64,000 bases of DNA from Octopus sinensis (GCF_006345805.1 NC_043005.1:43400001-43464000); one strand, 5' to 3'; positions 1 to 14,932 are shown, numbered from the stretch's first letter. Notes: generated by a model from the letters alone, not told the origin. A program made the numbers and translations.

Positions 1-606
1 AATATCACTGAGATGAGCAAGCAGACGGGTAACTAATTGGATAGATGGATGTATGGATAGCTAGGTGAGTGAGAGTAAGTGATGTCGAAAGAGGCTTTCA
101 CTTCTCATTGCTCAATATCAAATCGGCTGATACCACGGATCAGTCTCTCACACCGATGGTGTCCTGCCAGAAAAAAATTACTGGTATCCCAACTAACCTA
201 ATTCCCATCAAAAATTAAACTTAATATGGATTTTGATAATATTGGAGCTTGCATAAAACTTGAAATCATTGTTCAAAACCACTTTAGTTGTTCCTTATTT
301 GTATTTTTCTATAGAAATTAATGTGAGTCCAGTCATTGCCTAGAACTCTATTCACTAAAATCTCTCTCAAATGGCTACTTATGTTTTACTGCCTGCATAT
401 TTATATTTTGTGTCTAAAAGCTTTTGACAAGCATATATATATATAAAAGTTCTATGAGATAACTAAATCCTTTCTGATCAGTATCAACTGTGTAGCATCG
501 ACATTTGACTGCTTTCTCTCCTAGCTTATAAATATTAAACTTAATGAATATTTGACAAAGCAGTTCCAAAATATTTTTATAACTGATGCAAAATTACGAA
601 TTAAGC

Positions 607-658
<52 letters not shown>

Positions 659-3139
659 GATAACGTTGGTGAGTTTGTCTTCACCTTGATAACCCTCTCA
701 CTCTGCTCTATTACGTATTGTTTCTTCTTCTCTTCTGACCTTTCACACTTCCTTGCTCATTATCAGGACTTTATTAGCAGACCTCTAAACTGTTTTTTCA
801 GCTAAGGAAACCAAAAAAAAAAAAATGAAAAGTGAAAAGGTAAAAAAGAAAAACAGAAAATTAGTGTTGTTATCGGAATGTCTGTCTAAATTATATATTT
901 TCCTTTGTAACATCAAAAAAATTACTGATCCCTCGTTGTATTGTTTGCTAATTTTCACAATCTTGCATTGTAACTCTGTTTGTCTGTATGTCTGTCCCAA
1001 ACTCCATTCATCTAATACTCTAATATCGAAGTATAATAATCTAAAATATGCACTTCAAGTGCTATCATCTGCAGGGATGGATAACCTCTTTTAGTACTGC
1101 TTGTTCTGCTCTTTACAAGAAGAAAACAAAAAAAAGAAAACAAATTCCATGATAATTCTCCAATCAATAACAAAAAAAAAACAGCAAAAAACATTATACC
1201 CTTCAAATTTACACTTCACTTAATGAACCTGATTTATATATTTTGTATAAACAATTTTTTTTTTATCTTCCCTATTTCTTCTTGCTTGTTTTTATATATG
1301 GAGGCAGAAGTTAAAAGTTAACCACTTGTGTAAAAATTGGAAAGTAACCATCTGGTTATTATAGCCTTCTTTGTAATAATTTAATTTGTTTTTATTTAAA
1401 AAAAAAAAAAATCATTGAAGACAACAGTTTTGAGACATTCCCATACCAATTTTCGATGTAAATTCATCACTCATCAATTCCAGTCATTACCTGTCTCTCG
1501 ATTGCTTCAGTTTAGTTTATTTATGCTTAATGAAATATCAAAAACTTTACGAAATACATTTTAACTTGATACAGCAAAATAATAAATAAAAAAAAAAGAG
1601 AAAGAAACTGAACAAGAAAAAGAAAAAATAAGAAAAGAAAAGAAAGCATTCTACAATGGTTAACTACTTAGACGCAACAAATGGTGAAGTGTTTGTCATT
1701 CCATTTGTTTATCTGTTTCATTGCCATTAAGTATTTCCTTTAACAGTCAGACTATAATGCTGGAAAGATAGCCAAAAGACAACAGCTGATTATCCGAAAT
1801 ATTGCCATCATGTCGCTTACATATTCAAAACATATAGAAAATAATATCAGTTGAATATATTTCTAAACTTCTCTTCTATGGGGAACAGAATAACAACAAC
1901 AAAACAAAAAAATATATTCATCTGATTCATCTTTTTTTTTTTTTTGTAAACTTTCCTTATCTTTTCAACATCTGATCTGGTTTCGTAGATCTTCCCACTA
2001 TGAGTTTTTTTATATATACCGCCTCTGAATAGGAAATCTAAATCCTGGTCTTGTTATTTATACTCTGGTATAAAAAGTAAGTTGTGTATATTGTTGAATT
2101 AGTCTACGTGTATATGTACACACCTGCAAGTACAAATAATAGAATTTTTATCAATATACATATATATGTGTGTTTGTGTGTGTGTGTGTATACAGGGGAC
2201 AGCAAAATATCCCTCCTAGATTTACCATTCTTGATAAACGTATATATGAGAGGATTTTCTGCCATACCCTGTAAATAATTCTTTATCCCCTTCAGGTTAT
2301 ATGCAGATTTGCAATAACTTTCAACGTAAATCTCCCCAATCAGTTTAAGATTCTATTGGTATATGTTTATCATTTCATTACATCATTTTCTCATTGACAT
2401 CTTTGGAACCCTTCGACTAAATTTATTTGATAAGTTTTCCAAATCCCCTATTCAAGCGTTAACATGCAGCGTATTAAACCATTTTAGCATTATCTGAAGT
2501 GTTTCATTTCTCTCCATGTCTACCTTCCTTGCAGTGCAGTTTTATTGAAAGACTAACAGTGGCTGGGCTGTCTGCATCAGCTTTATGTTTCTTATCATGC
2601 TGCATTGCTACATAGACTGTTAGCAGCTTTCTTGCTGCTTTAATTGCTATGGGCCCGTCTCTTCCAGTGTTATTTAAAGTGTAAATAGCCACAGGGTTTA
2701 TTAATTTTTTTCATTTTTCCTACTCCTTTTTGACTTTTAAATTTTCATTTCCCCTCAATTATTCTAATATATAAAAAAAAGCAAAATGGTTTATCATTAG
2801 TTTTGAATGTACCTTGTGTGGTTATTTGTAGATTTTCTTTGACTTTGAACCTCAAATATAAATCATAAATTTGTGCATTTTGCTTTTCTTAGTGACCTGT
2901 GTGAAGAATCTTTGTTTTATTCTCTCAATATATGCTTTATTTATAGCATATTTTGAGGAGTATATCTGCCTTTAAAGGTCAAAATCCAATGATTGTTCCC
3001 AAATAGTGTGAATTGTTTTCTAACCAAATTTTCAGTTCGGTTTTCATTCTCAGGATCCTTTGTATGTTAATATAACATTTTGTTTTATTTCTTCCTATTC
3101 CCTGTTGTAATGTTTAAGAAGAAACTGTAACTTATCATT

Positions 3140-3408
3140 CATATATATATATATGTGTGTGTGTGTATGTATCTATATATTTGAATATATATGTGTGTGT
3201 ATATATATGTATATATACATATATGTATATATGTATGTGTATATATATATGTATATATATATACATATATAAATGTATATTTATATATATGTATATTTAT
3301 ATATATATGTATATATATATACACATATGTGTATATATATGTATATTTATATATATATGTATATATATATACACATGTGTATATATATATATACATAGAT
3401 ATATGTAC

Positions 3409-3441
<33 letters not shown>

Positions 3442-3528
3442 CATATATTTATATATATATACATACATATCATCATCGTCGTTTAACGTCCGCTTTCCAT
3501 GAAAGATATATGTACATATATATACATC

Positions 3529-3559
<31 letters not shown>

Positions 3560-3625
3560 TATGATATATATATATATATACACTCATATATATATATACA
3601 TACACACATACATATATATATACGC
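3140..3625. repeat. Compound (AT)n/(GT)n microsatellite
   Basis: Long interrupted TA/TG/CA dinucleotide run; source of several I/Y/C-rich pseudo-ORFs. Confidence 0.95.
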
Positions 3626-4109
3626 TGATGATATAAGTGTTTCATATAAAGATGAATGCATACATACAAATATCTGATGTGGAAACACATCATGCATATG
3701 TGTTGATTTTAGACCTTGAAATTGTGCCATCCAGCTAATGTATACAAAAAAAAAAATGGTGGGGTGGGGGGATATTAACAACAACAACAAAAAATGTGGT
3801 ATGCTTAGTAATGAAATACTAATTCTTTAGATTATATATATATATATTAGCTTTTTGAGCTCCCTTCTGCAAAAAAATAAATATAATGTATTTTTAATTT
3901 TGGGAATTGAAATTAATTCAGGGTCAGGTGGTGGCTACAATGCTCCCTAATTTACAAGGAGCAATTAATTAGAAACAATGTGATATGCCTAAGTATTATT
4001 GTAATTCCAAACTTTTGTTTCTTCCACAAAAAAAATATTAGATACCCTGCAGCTAATGTAAAAAAGAATATATAAAATTTATGTGGATGGCATTATTTCC
4101 TATGCATTC

Positions 4110-4134
4110 ACTAATATATATATGTGTGTGTGTT

Positions 4135-4231
<97 letters not shown>

Positions 4232-4238
4232 TATATAT

Positions 4239-4312
<74 letters not shown>

Positions 4313-4345
4313 GTATGTATGCATATATATGTATGTATGTATATT
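4110..4345. repeat. (AT)n/(CATA)n microsatellite
   Basis: Direct reading of the repeat. Confidence 0.95.
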
Positions 4346-5557
4346 TATGTGTTTGTGCATGTGTGTAATGTATATTTTTTCTGAGCATATAAGAAATATA
4401 TATCTGTACATGTAACCAGTCTTTCGCTTCAGAAATTTTAGTATTTTCCACATTTTATAAAAAAAAAAAAAGAAGAAAAGAAAAGAAAATGAAAAATACA
4501 AGAAAGCGGAAGAATGAAATATGGTATAAGTTTTGTAGAAACTGGAAGGTAAAGGCCAAAACTAACCCATATTTTGATTCCTGTTGATCATTTAAAGATT
4601 TCAGAAAGCTTTTATTTACAGTATATTTAACCCTATTTAATTCCAATTTCACTTGTTCATTTCCAAGCTCCCTCCATTCTAGAAACTTCATAACTAACTA
4701 ATATTATGGTTGTACAAATTTGGTATGATGAACAATGAGGTGATTCTCTTGTTCTCTAAACCTGAAATAATTCCATCCAACGACCCATCCCATCTCCCCT
4801 TGCCTGCCTGGTAAACTGCTTAAAGAGAAAAACGAAATAGTAAATTAAATTTTTTTTTTCTTTTTTTTTTTTTAATCACACCTTAAAGCATGCATGGCCA
4901 AGACAGCAGCAATGATAGTGTACAAGGGGAACAAAAATCATCTTTGAAACATCTTTTGTCTATTTCTTGCCATCAATTTGAGAGTTCTTCTGAACAGTCA
5001 ATACCTGTTAAAGAATACACTCTACTATGTGTTGTTCCCAGTCTCTCTTAGATGGCTTCCACATAAATGTTGGCTGTGGTTTTTCTTCCTCCCTCCCCCA
5101 CCCACCTGCTTTAGTTGTTTATCTGGATCTAAAGGAGAGGTTTGCAGTTTTTAAAAAAAAAATTACATAAATATTTATACCTCTATTCTATACAAAATTA
5201 CCAAAAATTTTACTGTTTTTGTTTTTGCTGATATTTCAACAAATTAATTAATTAACCAGATTATCTTTGACTATGTTATTTTAAAGCATGTGCTAGGTCC
5301 AGTAGTTAGGTTTTAAATGTTCTGGTATATAGAATCTATAAGTGGTTGCTTAAGAAATAACATACCGTCATTTAAATCATATCACATCTGTCCCTCATTC
5401 ATTCTCACTGCACTTTCTTTTCCATAACTCATTATCAGCATTTCTTTGATTCTATCCCATGTAACTACTTGTTCTAATAGTAATACAAGCAAGTTTTAAA
5501 CTGAAGAGGCTTTGTCTTAACATAGCTATTCAAACCTTCCTAAGTTTGCTAATGTGT

Positions 5558-5862
5558 CTTTCATTGATGTCTATTAGAGAACCCGCACCTACTTATTGGT
5601 GGTCAGTCTTGGCTAGCTTTCATTGATGTCTGTGTTAGGAAACTCATGTATTTGTCAAAATTCAACTATAGCCATATTTCATTGATTTCAATTGTCTGTC
5701 TGTCAGCAATCAGTCTTGACCATCTTTCATTGATATCTATAATAGAAAAACTCATTTGTCTAGCTGTCAGGAATCAGGAATCAGCCCTGACCATCACTCA
5801 TTGATGTCTGTGTTAGGAAACTCATCTGTTTACCTATCAGGAGTCAGTCCTGGCCATCCTTC
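5558..5862. repeat. Degenerate ~60-bp tandem repeat (5 units)
   Basis: TCATTGAT anchor at 5561, 5620, 5679, 5727 and 5798; units share GTGTTAGGAAACTCAT and CAGTCTTGACCAT-like blocks. Confidence 0.8.
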
Positions 5863-8800
5863 TTGCCAAATGATCCTTTTTGTTGCAACATTTATTCATT
5901 GTTGGTACGATTTCCTTGGATCAGTATAATCAAGAACAAAGAACTTTTGGCCAATGTCTTTTATAAGAAAGAAACTAACTTTCCTTTCTGTTTATGTCAC
6001 TACTGGACAGTTTGATGATGTCAAAAAAAATCATGAGGTGTTTATTCATAAGTCTAATCAGATATTTTCTTTCTGAAAAGGATGGAGTTGCTCTCTTGAG
6101 TTCCAAGTTAACTTTGTTTCTGATTTATTTCTTATACAAAAGTAAAAAGAAGTCTAATAATAATTTGCTTTTGTAACTCACTAATTAATCTTCCTTTCTT
6201 CTTCCTATTGGAACCTAACCAAAGCAGTTCTTAAAGAGAAATTCTAAACTCAGGCATTATAAAAATTGGTAGTCAATCTGAAAACTCATTTGCAATCTAC
6301 TCTGAGTAAAAACAAAAATATTCCAAACTTCTTTACCAGTTCTTATTTTCAGTTTCCTCTTGTGTACAGAGCTCAAGTAGATCATGAGAGTTATCTGTAG
6401 CAACAATTAATCATAGTTCATTTCAACAGCTTTTGTTGTTAGCAATATGGCAAGATCTTTTTCATCTTGACTTAGAATCCGATTGGCTTCAGATACTGCC
6501 TCATGGTCTATTTTGGTTTGAACTGGAATATTTTATTAGATGTTTTTCATATATTTTGCATAATTTTATTGAGACAGACAATAATTATAATTTCTTTACT
6601 ATAATAGTTTTATTAGTTGAAGTAGTGCTGTGATGTGTGAAGTGATTTGTAAATTGGTTATTATAAATATTGTTTATAATATTGTTTATTTATGTCTCTT
6701 ACATGATTAAGCAATATTACGAACATGGTTTAATTATGTTGGAGAATTTTCTCTGCATTCAGTTATTTCATTCAATCCCACAAATATACCATTAACCATT
6801 GATAAGAAACATTTTAAGGTTTATCAACCAAATATGTTGGAATATATATATGAATATATATCTTTATATATATATATATATAAACTCCTGAAATTTCACA
6901 TTATAGCTGTTATAAATGGAATTTAAAAGGGGTGATGTAAAAGTGAAATATTTTCTCTTAATAAAATATCTGATGTCCAGATGATGAGTTTTGGGAGTGA
7001 AAATATGGATAAATCTGGAAATCTCTCATTATACATGCTCCTTCGCTCCCTCAATAAAAGACCAATGCTTATCTCACAGAAATTAATTATATTTTTACAG
7101 GTCATATTTATCCTAGTTATTCTACATTTCACAGTTTTATTTCACTTTACTCTATTACATTTCAGTTTCTCTAGCTGAGGGCAGAAAATAATAAAATGTT
7201 TGAAGCTTTCTAAAAACAAACAAACAAACAAGAAATAAAAAAAAAGAACAAGACATTACACACATGCACTATAAGTTTTTATATTTTATTTTCCATGGGC
7301 AATTCTTTCTGTCCAATTTGGGTAATCTCATTTTTATCATTATAACATCACTATAAAAAGTTAAAGGTTATAACATTCTTTTTCCTCCAATTTGAAAACT
7401 TATTTTTTATCATTTTTTTACAAAAGAAAAATATTTAAAAAAAAAAAAGAAACTTCTCTTACTATATATATATAATTCAAATTATAACAATGAAATAGAA
7501 TGCAAATGTCTAGATATCACAATTAAGGATGTGTTGAAATGAAATCAGTACAAAGTTATGGTACTGGGATGATAGAATACAATTGACTATTATATTCAAT
7601 GCTTATGGTTTATGTGTGGTTAAGAGTGATACAATGTAAACTAGTTTTGAATACTTTTTTTTTTTTTCGTTATCTCAATATATTACATTTCGCAACTTGG
7701 CTAATGTTCTTGTTTAGTGATTTTGCAATAATGGGTGGACTTGTGCATCATACTCAACAATAGCCAAGTGTTGAAGGAAAAGCATATTTTCAATGAAAAT
7801 TAGAACAAGATACAGCAACAAACAAAACGCCAGTAAATACTGCTTTGGTCTTGGAGTGTTTCATGTTAATATTCAGTCGTATTGGAACTGATCTATTTTT
7901 TATTCCATATGTCTGAATTAATGGTTTTTAGCTGGTTATATTAAGCTTCACCAAAAACAAAAAAAAGATGAAAACAAAGTAAAAAAAAAAATGATGATAA
8001 TAATAATAATAATAATAATAATAATGTACTTAAATGTTGCTCATGTGTTCCAAATTAGTAATCTAGCATCATATATGGAAAACTCGGATTTTCCCTTATT
8101 GTAAGCTTTCCTGGAGACAACAGTATTGGCCTCATTGTTTCTAGCTTATCATTTAGTTCTGGTGGAAGAAGAAACTCTTCCACAGAACAATATTATTATT
8201 ATATCAGGAGAACTGAAACATAAAACAGCAACAGCAACAACAACAGGGTGGATTGAAGAACCTGAAAAAGTTTCATTTCTCAAAAAACAAAACAAAAAAA
8301 AAACTTGTTTTTAAACTTTTTCTTTTTGTAGCAAGGAAGGGGAGAGCAGGAATTTTGTTTCCCTATAATATTAATTTGTGATATGTGTATTCAACAAGAA
8401 GAATCCATGTTTAAGACAGGTCTTGCTTGGATCTTAAACTCTATTCTTAATAAAAAAAAAATGTATGTAAAAAGAATAAGAAAGACAAAAATATAATGAA
8501 AAAGAAAAAAGATATATATATATATATGTACTAAATACTTATTCAGCCTAAAATTCTTCCTGTGTTGCTATCTGCTTCCATCTGGAGGTAGATTACAGAT
8601 CGTGGTATTTTTTAGCAAAAGAAAAGTTGAAAATTAAAAAAAAAAATCAAAAAGAAAAAAATAAACAAATAAAAAAAATGACATGCATACATATGTATCC
8701 ACACTCATACATATGTATTTCCTCTTAAACACACACATACACACATACATATTATATATATATATACACATGTATATGCACTCCTACATACAGATATATA

Positions 8801-11744
8801 ATGAAAATGGTGATATTGTTTGATTGTCAGCAGTTTTGAAAAGGAAGGTGAACATGTTTGTGTTGATGAAAATATATATATATATATGTATATATATACA
8901 TGTGTTCTTTTTTTTTAAATTTTTATGTTCTCTTCATCTTTTACTGTTGCAACCTGGATAATATATTCACATCTCCAATATTCCCAAACTTGGAAAATAT
9001 CAAAGTAAAGAATCACCAAGAACAATATTTTAATCATGTATGCAACATTTCTCAGGTTTTCATAATTCTCTGAAAGGTGAAGAGAAAAAAAAATATGTGG
9101 GGGTGGGTTAACAGTTGTGAACATTGAATTTGTGTTTTATTCTATTTTTATGTGTTATAAATTTCTTCATTTTATGCTGTTCCTCTTAAGCTTTATAACA
9201 ACAAAATTGAGTCTATTCCTTAAAAAGTATGGTTTCTATGAAATATTTTCCTATGAAAACAAATTTACATTCCAACATCTGGTGGCAAACTTCGGCAGTA
9301 CCTTTTCCTTTTTTTTTTTTTTTCAATATGTTCCGAATTACTGATTGTTAGTCAATCAATTTAAACGAAGAAAGGTAGTTTTTCTCCTACACCATTTTAT
9401 TGATAAGTTTTCTGTTATTATTGTTGTGATGGCTTATTTATTCATTAATTTATTAATTTTTTTGTTGTTTCCACAAACTGCCACTTTGATATTTTATCAA
9501 CTACTGTCAAAAACAGAATGGTATGTATAATCTTAATCCTAGTTTCCAATATATTTTGTCTTCATGTTGCAGTCAAGTTTCTATTTTTCTATATTGTTTT
9601 ATCATTGATTATTGTAAGGGGAAAAATTCTTGAAAAAAATTTATGTAGAACAGTTTTTTTTTTACTTCTTTTGTGTTTTCTGTTATTTTTTTCTTTTTAG
9701 AACTGCCCATTTTCTGTTAGATTCTGCTTTCAAACTTAGAAGAAAATGAAGAATTTAAAGTAAACTTTGAATCAATAAGCAATTCAAGAGTTTTCTGAAA
9801 TGCCAGTTTATAAACATGACTGTTTAATTTTCATTGGTTATTGCATTTACACTTGCAATCAGTTATTTCCGATTCATTCTTGTCCCCTTGATTCTTCTGA
9901 CTAATCATCCTTACAATCAACGAACCAATGCTGTGAACCATTTTGCTATAATACTCATTTTGTTTTGGTTACATTTATTCCATCAAATAATTGTTTGGTA
10001 CAATTTAATTAATAATTCTGTAGTCACTCATTAGATTTTTATCTAGTATTTGTCAGGGTTTTTTTTTGTTGTTTGTTTTTGCATCTTCATTATATATAAC
10101 TGCATTGCATATTTAGATTATCTTTGACAGACATGCTTATTAGATTGTTCCTTCCATTATGGTCGTCTCTGGAATGTTGTAGACTAAATGAAGCTACACA
10201 ATTTCAGTAGTGTCCACTGGATAAGTACAAAAATAGTTTAGTCTGTTTAGCTTGTGTAACCATAGCAACATTTAGAATTGCTGACAAACAGGAATTATCA
10301 GTTTTGCTCTTAACTTTCACTATGTGAAATACAACAGTTCTTTGTTGCAAATAACTCAGGAAAAATAATCTAGATGGTTTTGTAGAATGGAATCAAGTCT
10401 TTGAATAAACCTGCTAGGACCATCTTGAACTACCTCTCCAGTTTTCTCCAGCAAGCAAAATTTGTTCAACTTATCAAGAACAAAAATTATTATTTATGTT
10501 TCCATAATGAACAAATTAAAAAAAAAAATTTAATTATATTGGTAGAATCAATTTTAATTGTAAATATGACCGGATTTTTTTCTTTTTTTTTTGTCTCTGA
10601 TTACTGAAATCTTGACTAATTATAAGTATTTCCAAGTTTGTTGCAATAGTTTTCATCTTTTTCCAAGATGCTTAAATTATGTTCCCTTATATAATTACTA
10701 TATTAGAATGGCTTTTTTCCCTTTCAACTAAATACATTCTTGTAGACTGACATTCTTGAGAGTCTGTTTTGGATAAAAGGGAGTAAAACAATAAATAGAA
10801 TTACGAGGAAAATTTTGATAGATTATGTTGAGCTGGTCAGAACAATATCTGGATTGGATGGTGAGGTTTTAAATTGACCTGGAAAGAGAGAAAGAATGAG
10901 AGAGAGAGAGAGAGAGATCAATTAGTGTCATATCTAATGAATTAGTTATAAACTGTAATTATCATGATATCTGGCTTTCATTAAAGGTTATATGAGAATA
11001 TTAAGAACTACCATTATTAGACACAATTTAATGTTAAACATGAAAATGGATTCCATCAAACTATTTATTTACCGATTAATTGCAAATTATTATTAAGCAA
11101 AATGTATTTGGAAAGCCAGTATGTTTATTTTTAATCCAAAATTATGCAGCAGTTTGAAATTAGTTTAATATATCTAATGTATGAGATAAGAGTGCAAAAA
11201 ATGTTAAATACAAAGAAGAGGTGTCATATTGTTTGATGTGTTTCAGGAGATCATAATATCGAATGTATTCAGATGTATAGAATGAGGTGGGGGGGAGTAC
11301 AGCATATGGATGTTTGTCTTTCAAAATATATTTTCTTGCAATATCAATGTCTTTCTCAGGTACAATAGATTTATCTCATTTGCATAAAACAAGCACATAA
11401 ATATATCAAATCATTCATATGCACATACACACACACATACATACATGGTGTAATGGTTTTGCATATATTAAATTAGTGTACATTTTGTTCATAGATGATG
11501 TCGGATCTCAGCTACATGATTGCTGTTAAAATGCTCAATAGCTATTCTTTCTCATATTAGCCATCTTAATATAGCCTACCATTCGACATTTTATGCCATG
11601 ACACCACTATTAAATATTGTAGATAAGGCCTCGCTGTCTAACCCTCTTCATTAGCAATGAAAGTTTTCTCACTGTTTTGTTAAGATTTTCCTACAGGGTG
11701 GTTACAATACTAAAATACAGCTTTTTATTCTTCTGTATATATAG

Positions 11745-11771
11745 GTGTTAAACAATATGTGGACAAAGCAG
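11745..11771 (+). other. Candidate 27-nt exon
   Basis: Pyrimidine tract plus TAG acceptor, CAG|GTAGGG donor, frame-preserving length (VLNNMWTKQ or VKQYVDKA); no homology recognised. Confidence 0.2.
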
Positions 11772-13546
11772 GTAGGGGGCCCTTGTGGGGTAAATGCAAT
11801 TTTCATTCAAGATTTTACGTTTTAGAAAATCTGACAAATATTTATTCTGTGAATACTAAAATCAAAAACTTGAGTTTATTCTGGAAGAATTTATATTCAT
11901 GAGTGGATACCTTAAATTGTGAACTTTAATACTGCAATAAAACTACAAAATTCATAACCAAAACAAAATTAGTTGACCAACAAAAGAAGTATCTGGATTT
12001 CATCTTGATATTCTTCAAGGCAAATTAAATAATCTATTTTATCTTATCTCATTGCTTAGTCAGAAGAAACAGAACTGGGCATTAAGTTTTTGTAGGCCTT
12101 CCTCCAATATGTAAACTACAATATCAGGCATATATATATATATATATATATATTCCAGGGGATCCCAAGTTCAAAGAAGCTATGTCTGGTCACTAAGAAT
12201 AAAGAACTCAAAGATAAGTCTGAGGGGGAATAAATACACAGGCACACATACATGTGTGTATGTGTGTGTCTTTATATAAACACACATATTAATCTATATA
12301 CATTGTATATTTATGAAAAAGATATACCTTACGTTACATTCCAAATTAGCCCCCACTAAAATAACAAATATTATATAGCTTTATTAATTAGTTATGTCAT
12401 TACATGCATTGTTATGCAAATTAGACAGATAAGTTTAGCTGTCGAAGTTTGTATGGACTATAATTATATCTATGTTTCGTGGGCAGAAGTTGGATATTCT
12501 TTCTCTAAGCAAGGTCTAAGAAGATCAAAAGCTAGCCAGATTGACCTCACTTTTGCTGCCTGTGGAGAGATTAAAATCCTTTAGTGTTATCACTTTGCTA
12601 ACTTTTCACAACAAAGCTAAATTTGTTTGTTTGTCAGAAAAGGTTGTATCTTGTTATGTTGCAAATAATATACATGACGGAATTGTAATATTGATCTCTT
12701 GTAATAACTTATGAACAATTCAATCAGCTGAAATCAATATTGAATCAAAGTTAGTTTCACATAATCCCTGTTAGTCATATTGGAATGGGTGCTTTCCAAT
12801 AAGGCTGATTGAAGAATTAGGTGGTAATCATGAAAAGAAACTTTGAATTTCAGTCGATATTGGTTTCAGCTAACACACAGGTATACACAGACACACACAC
12901 ACACACACACATATGAGAAAAATAGAATTCCATCATTATCTCTTGTTTTGTCCTGTTCTCAATTCTGATTTCTTTTGTCAAATGTGCAGTTTCTTAGTTC
13001 CACCATAACTACCTCATCCCATCTAAGAATGGCTGGATGTGTAATGTGACTAAGAGAGAAAAAAAAAAAATTATAAGAATCGGTCAAGATAACCTGATTT
13101 GCAGTTATAGAGTCTGAATGTCATTTACTAGGAAGGACATAATATGAACAGTTAATGGAAACCAAATAAGTGACGGCTATGTTGCTAGTTCATAAGTTCA
13201 AGAGAATCATGTAAAGTTTCATATATCTCTGGGAAAGCCCTTACTCTGCTCAGCAGCACTGAAAGCTTTTCTCTTTATTTTCATTCTATGTCCTGATCAG
13301 TTCTATATGTTAGGTACTTAGCTATTATTGATGTTGCATTGCTTCAACATCCAACATATATGTTTTCTCATGGATTCTAAACAATTAACTTTCAACCTTT
13401 GAGTATTCCAACTCAATCCGGTTGTCTTGAACTGTTATAGCATTTTCAGACAGCACCAGACTATCAAAGTGTGAAGCAACTGCCCTTTCTAACTAAAATC
13501 AATTACAATAAATTCAAATCTATCAAACTACTTTCTTACTTTATAG

Positions 13547-13598
13547 CCAGAGTCTGCTATTTTCTTTGCTATATTAAAATACCTATTCTCTATGGCAG
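13547..13598 (+). other. Candidate exon (PESAIFFAILKYLFSMA)
   Basis: ctttcttactttatag acceptor, CAG|GTGAGC donor, open frame; no homology recognised. Confidence 0.3.
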
Positions 13599-13844
13599 GT
13601 GAGCATTTTGGATGCTTAAATAATCTAACACTGTCGAATGATTTGAAGATTCTTCAAAAAGGATTCTTCAGTATTTCTATATTACTTTATTCTTTTAGAA
13701 GTTACTTTTGAAGAGTGATTTTTTTAAAAAAGCTAGCTACTATTTAATCCAATGGTTAATTAACTCTTCTTTCACCATTACAATTTGTTGGAAAACATTC
13801 TTCATCACTAACAAAAACACTCTTTAATTATTTTTTCCTTTTAG

Positions 13845-13924
13845 ATATTCTCAATGCTGGCTTTTTTTTTATCAAAGCTGGCAGGGTTTTCTATAAACTT
13901 CCATGTGATGGATTGAATTGGCAG
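13845..13924 (+). other. Candidate exon (DILNAGFFFIKAGRVFYKLPCDGLNWQ)
   Basis: CACTAAC branch-point motif ~35 nt upstream, ttttttccttttag acceptor, CAG|GTAAAT donor; in frame with the 13547-13598 candidate. Confidence 0.35.
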
Positions 13925-14130
13925 GTAAATGATGACAACCACAACATCAGAAATCATCAAAAATTAAGATTAAACTTGATTTGTTTATATAAAGGCAGGG
14001 ATATTTCTCAGGGAATATACGATAAACAGAGACGGAAGATGATTGATATGTAATATATTGATGTTGATATGCAATATCTCATACTGATATTGATTATGTT
14101 TTAATTAGAAATACATACGTTCCTACATAC

Positions 14131-14162
<32 letters not shown>

Positions 14163-14454
14163 ATGTATGTATATGCATGTGTTCCAGGGTGAATGGTACA
14201 CATTCATTAGTTGTGTTATTTGTGTGTCTATGAATTCAAATAGAGCAACAATTACAATAATTTTATCATTAATGAGAAAGTACTTGTACTTTGAAATGTT
14301 ATAACCTATCCCAAGCACTGGAATTTTACAAGGCATTTGTCTATGTCTTACTAAATATATGTCAATCCATGCATAATTTCAAGCATATATGCTAGTATGC
14401 AGATACATCTAGTTTATATATATATATATACATACACACACACAAACAGATACA

Positions 14455-14932
14455 AGCATGGCTGTATTGTTTGGAAGTTCACTTCCCAACCATGTGGTTG
14501 GTCCTAACGTAATGTTGGGCAGGTGTCTTCTACTATAGCCCTGGGTGACCAGAAGCCTATCATAAATGTGTGTGTATGTATATATATATATATAAATATA
14601 TATGTCTGTGTGAGTGTTTGTATGTTTCCCTCATGTTTACTGGTTTCCAAACAGTGACTCCCTGCAGTTCACCCACAAGAGCTTGTTGACATGTTGCACA
14701 AAACTTTGTAAACAAGACTCATTTATTAGGTGTTGTTTGTTTCTAATTCCCCAAGTAAAACGTGTACAGATTACTGGTTGTTTTATCGACTGGGAGATTT
14801 TTTTTTTTATCAAAAACTGGGGTGGGTGACAGGAAAATCATCCAGCCATAGGATAATTCTGCCTCATTGTATTTTCATCTGCCCCTCTAACCCATACAAG
14901 CATGGAAAAGTAGATATTAAAATGATAATGAA
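14455..14932 (+). mobile_element. Decayed SINE (family A head) with an RTE-type 3' tail fragment
   Basis: gcatggctgt...gggcaggtgtcttctactatagcc resembles the young copy at 51699; 14820-14932 resembles the RTE 3' end at 42030-42176. Confidence 0.6.

Noticed and set aside
2504-2692. Protein-looking minus ORF AIYTLNNTGRDGPIAIKAARK...
   Set aside because: GTG start, in-frame stop just upstream, A-rich upstream DNA with no acceptor, no recognisable homology
3139-4501. Long ORFs rich in I/Y/C/V/H/T (also at 18.7, 20.7, 33.3, 35-37, 52.4, 57 and 60.6 kb)
   Set aside because: Translations of (AT)/(GT)/(CA) microsatellites, which lack stop codons
4760-5005. Minus-strand acceptor pairs and a signal-peptide-like stretch (LYTIIAAVLAMHAL)
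   Set aside because: The hydrophobic frame is preceded by TGA with no ATG, all frames stop quickly, and the donor is weak
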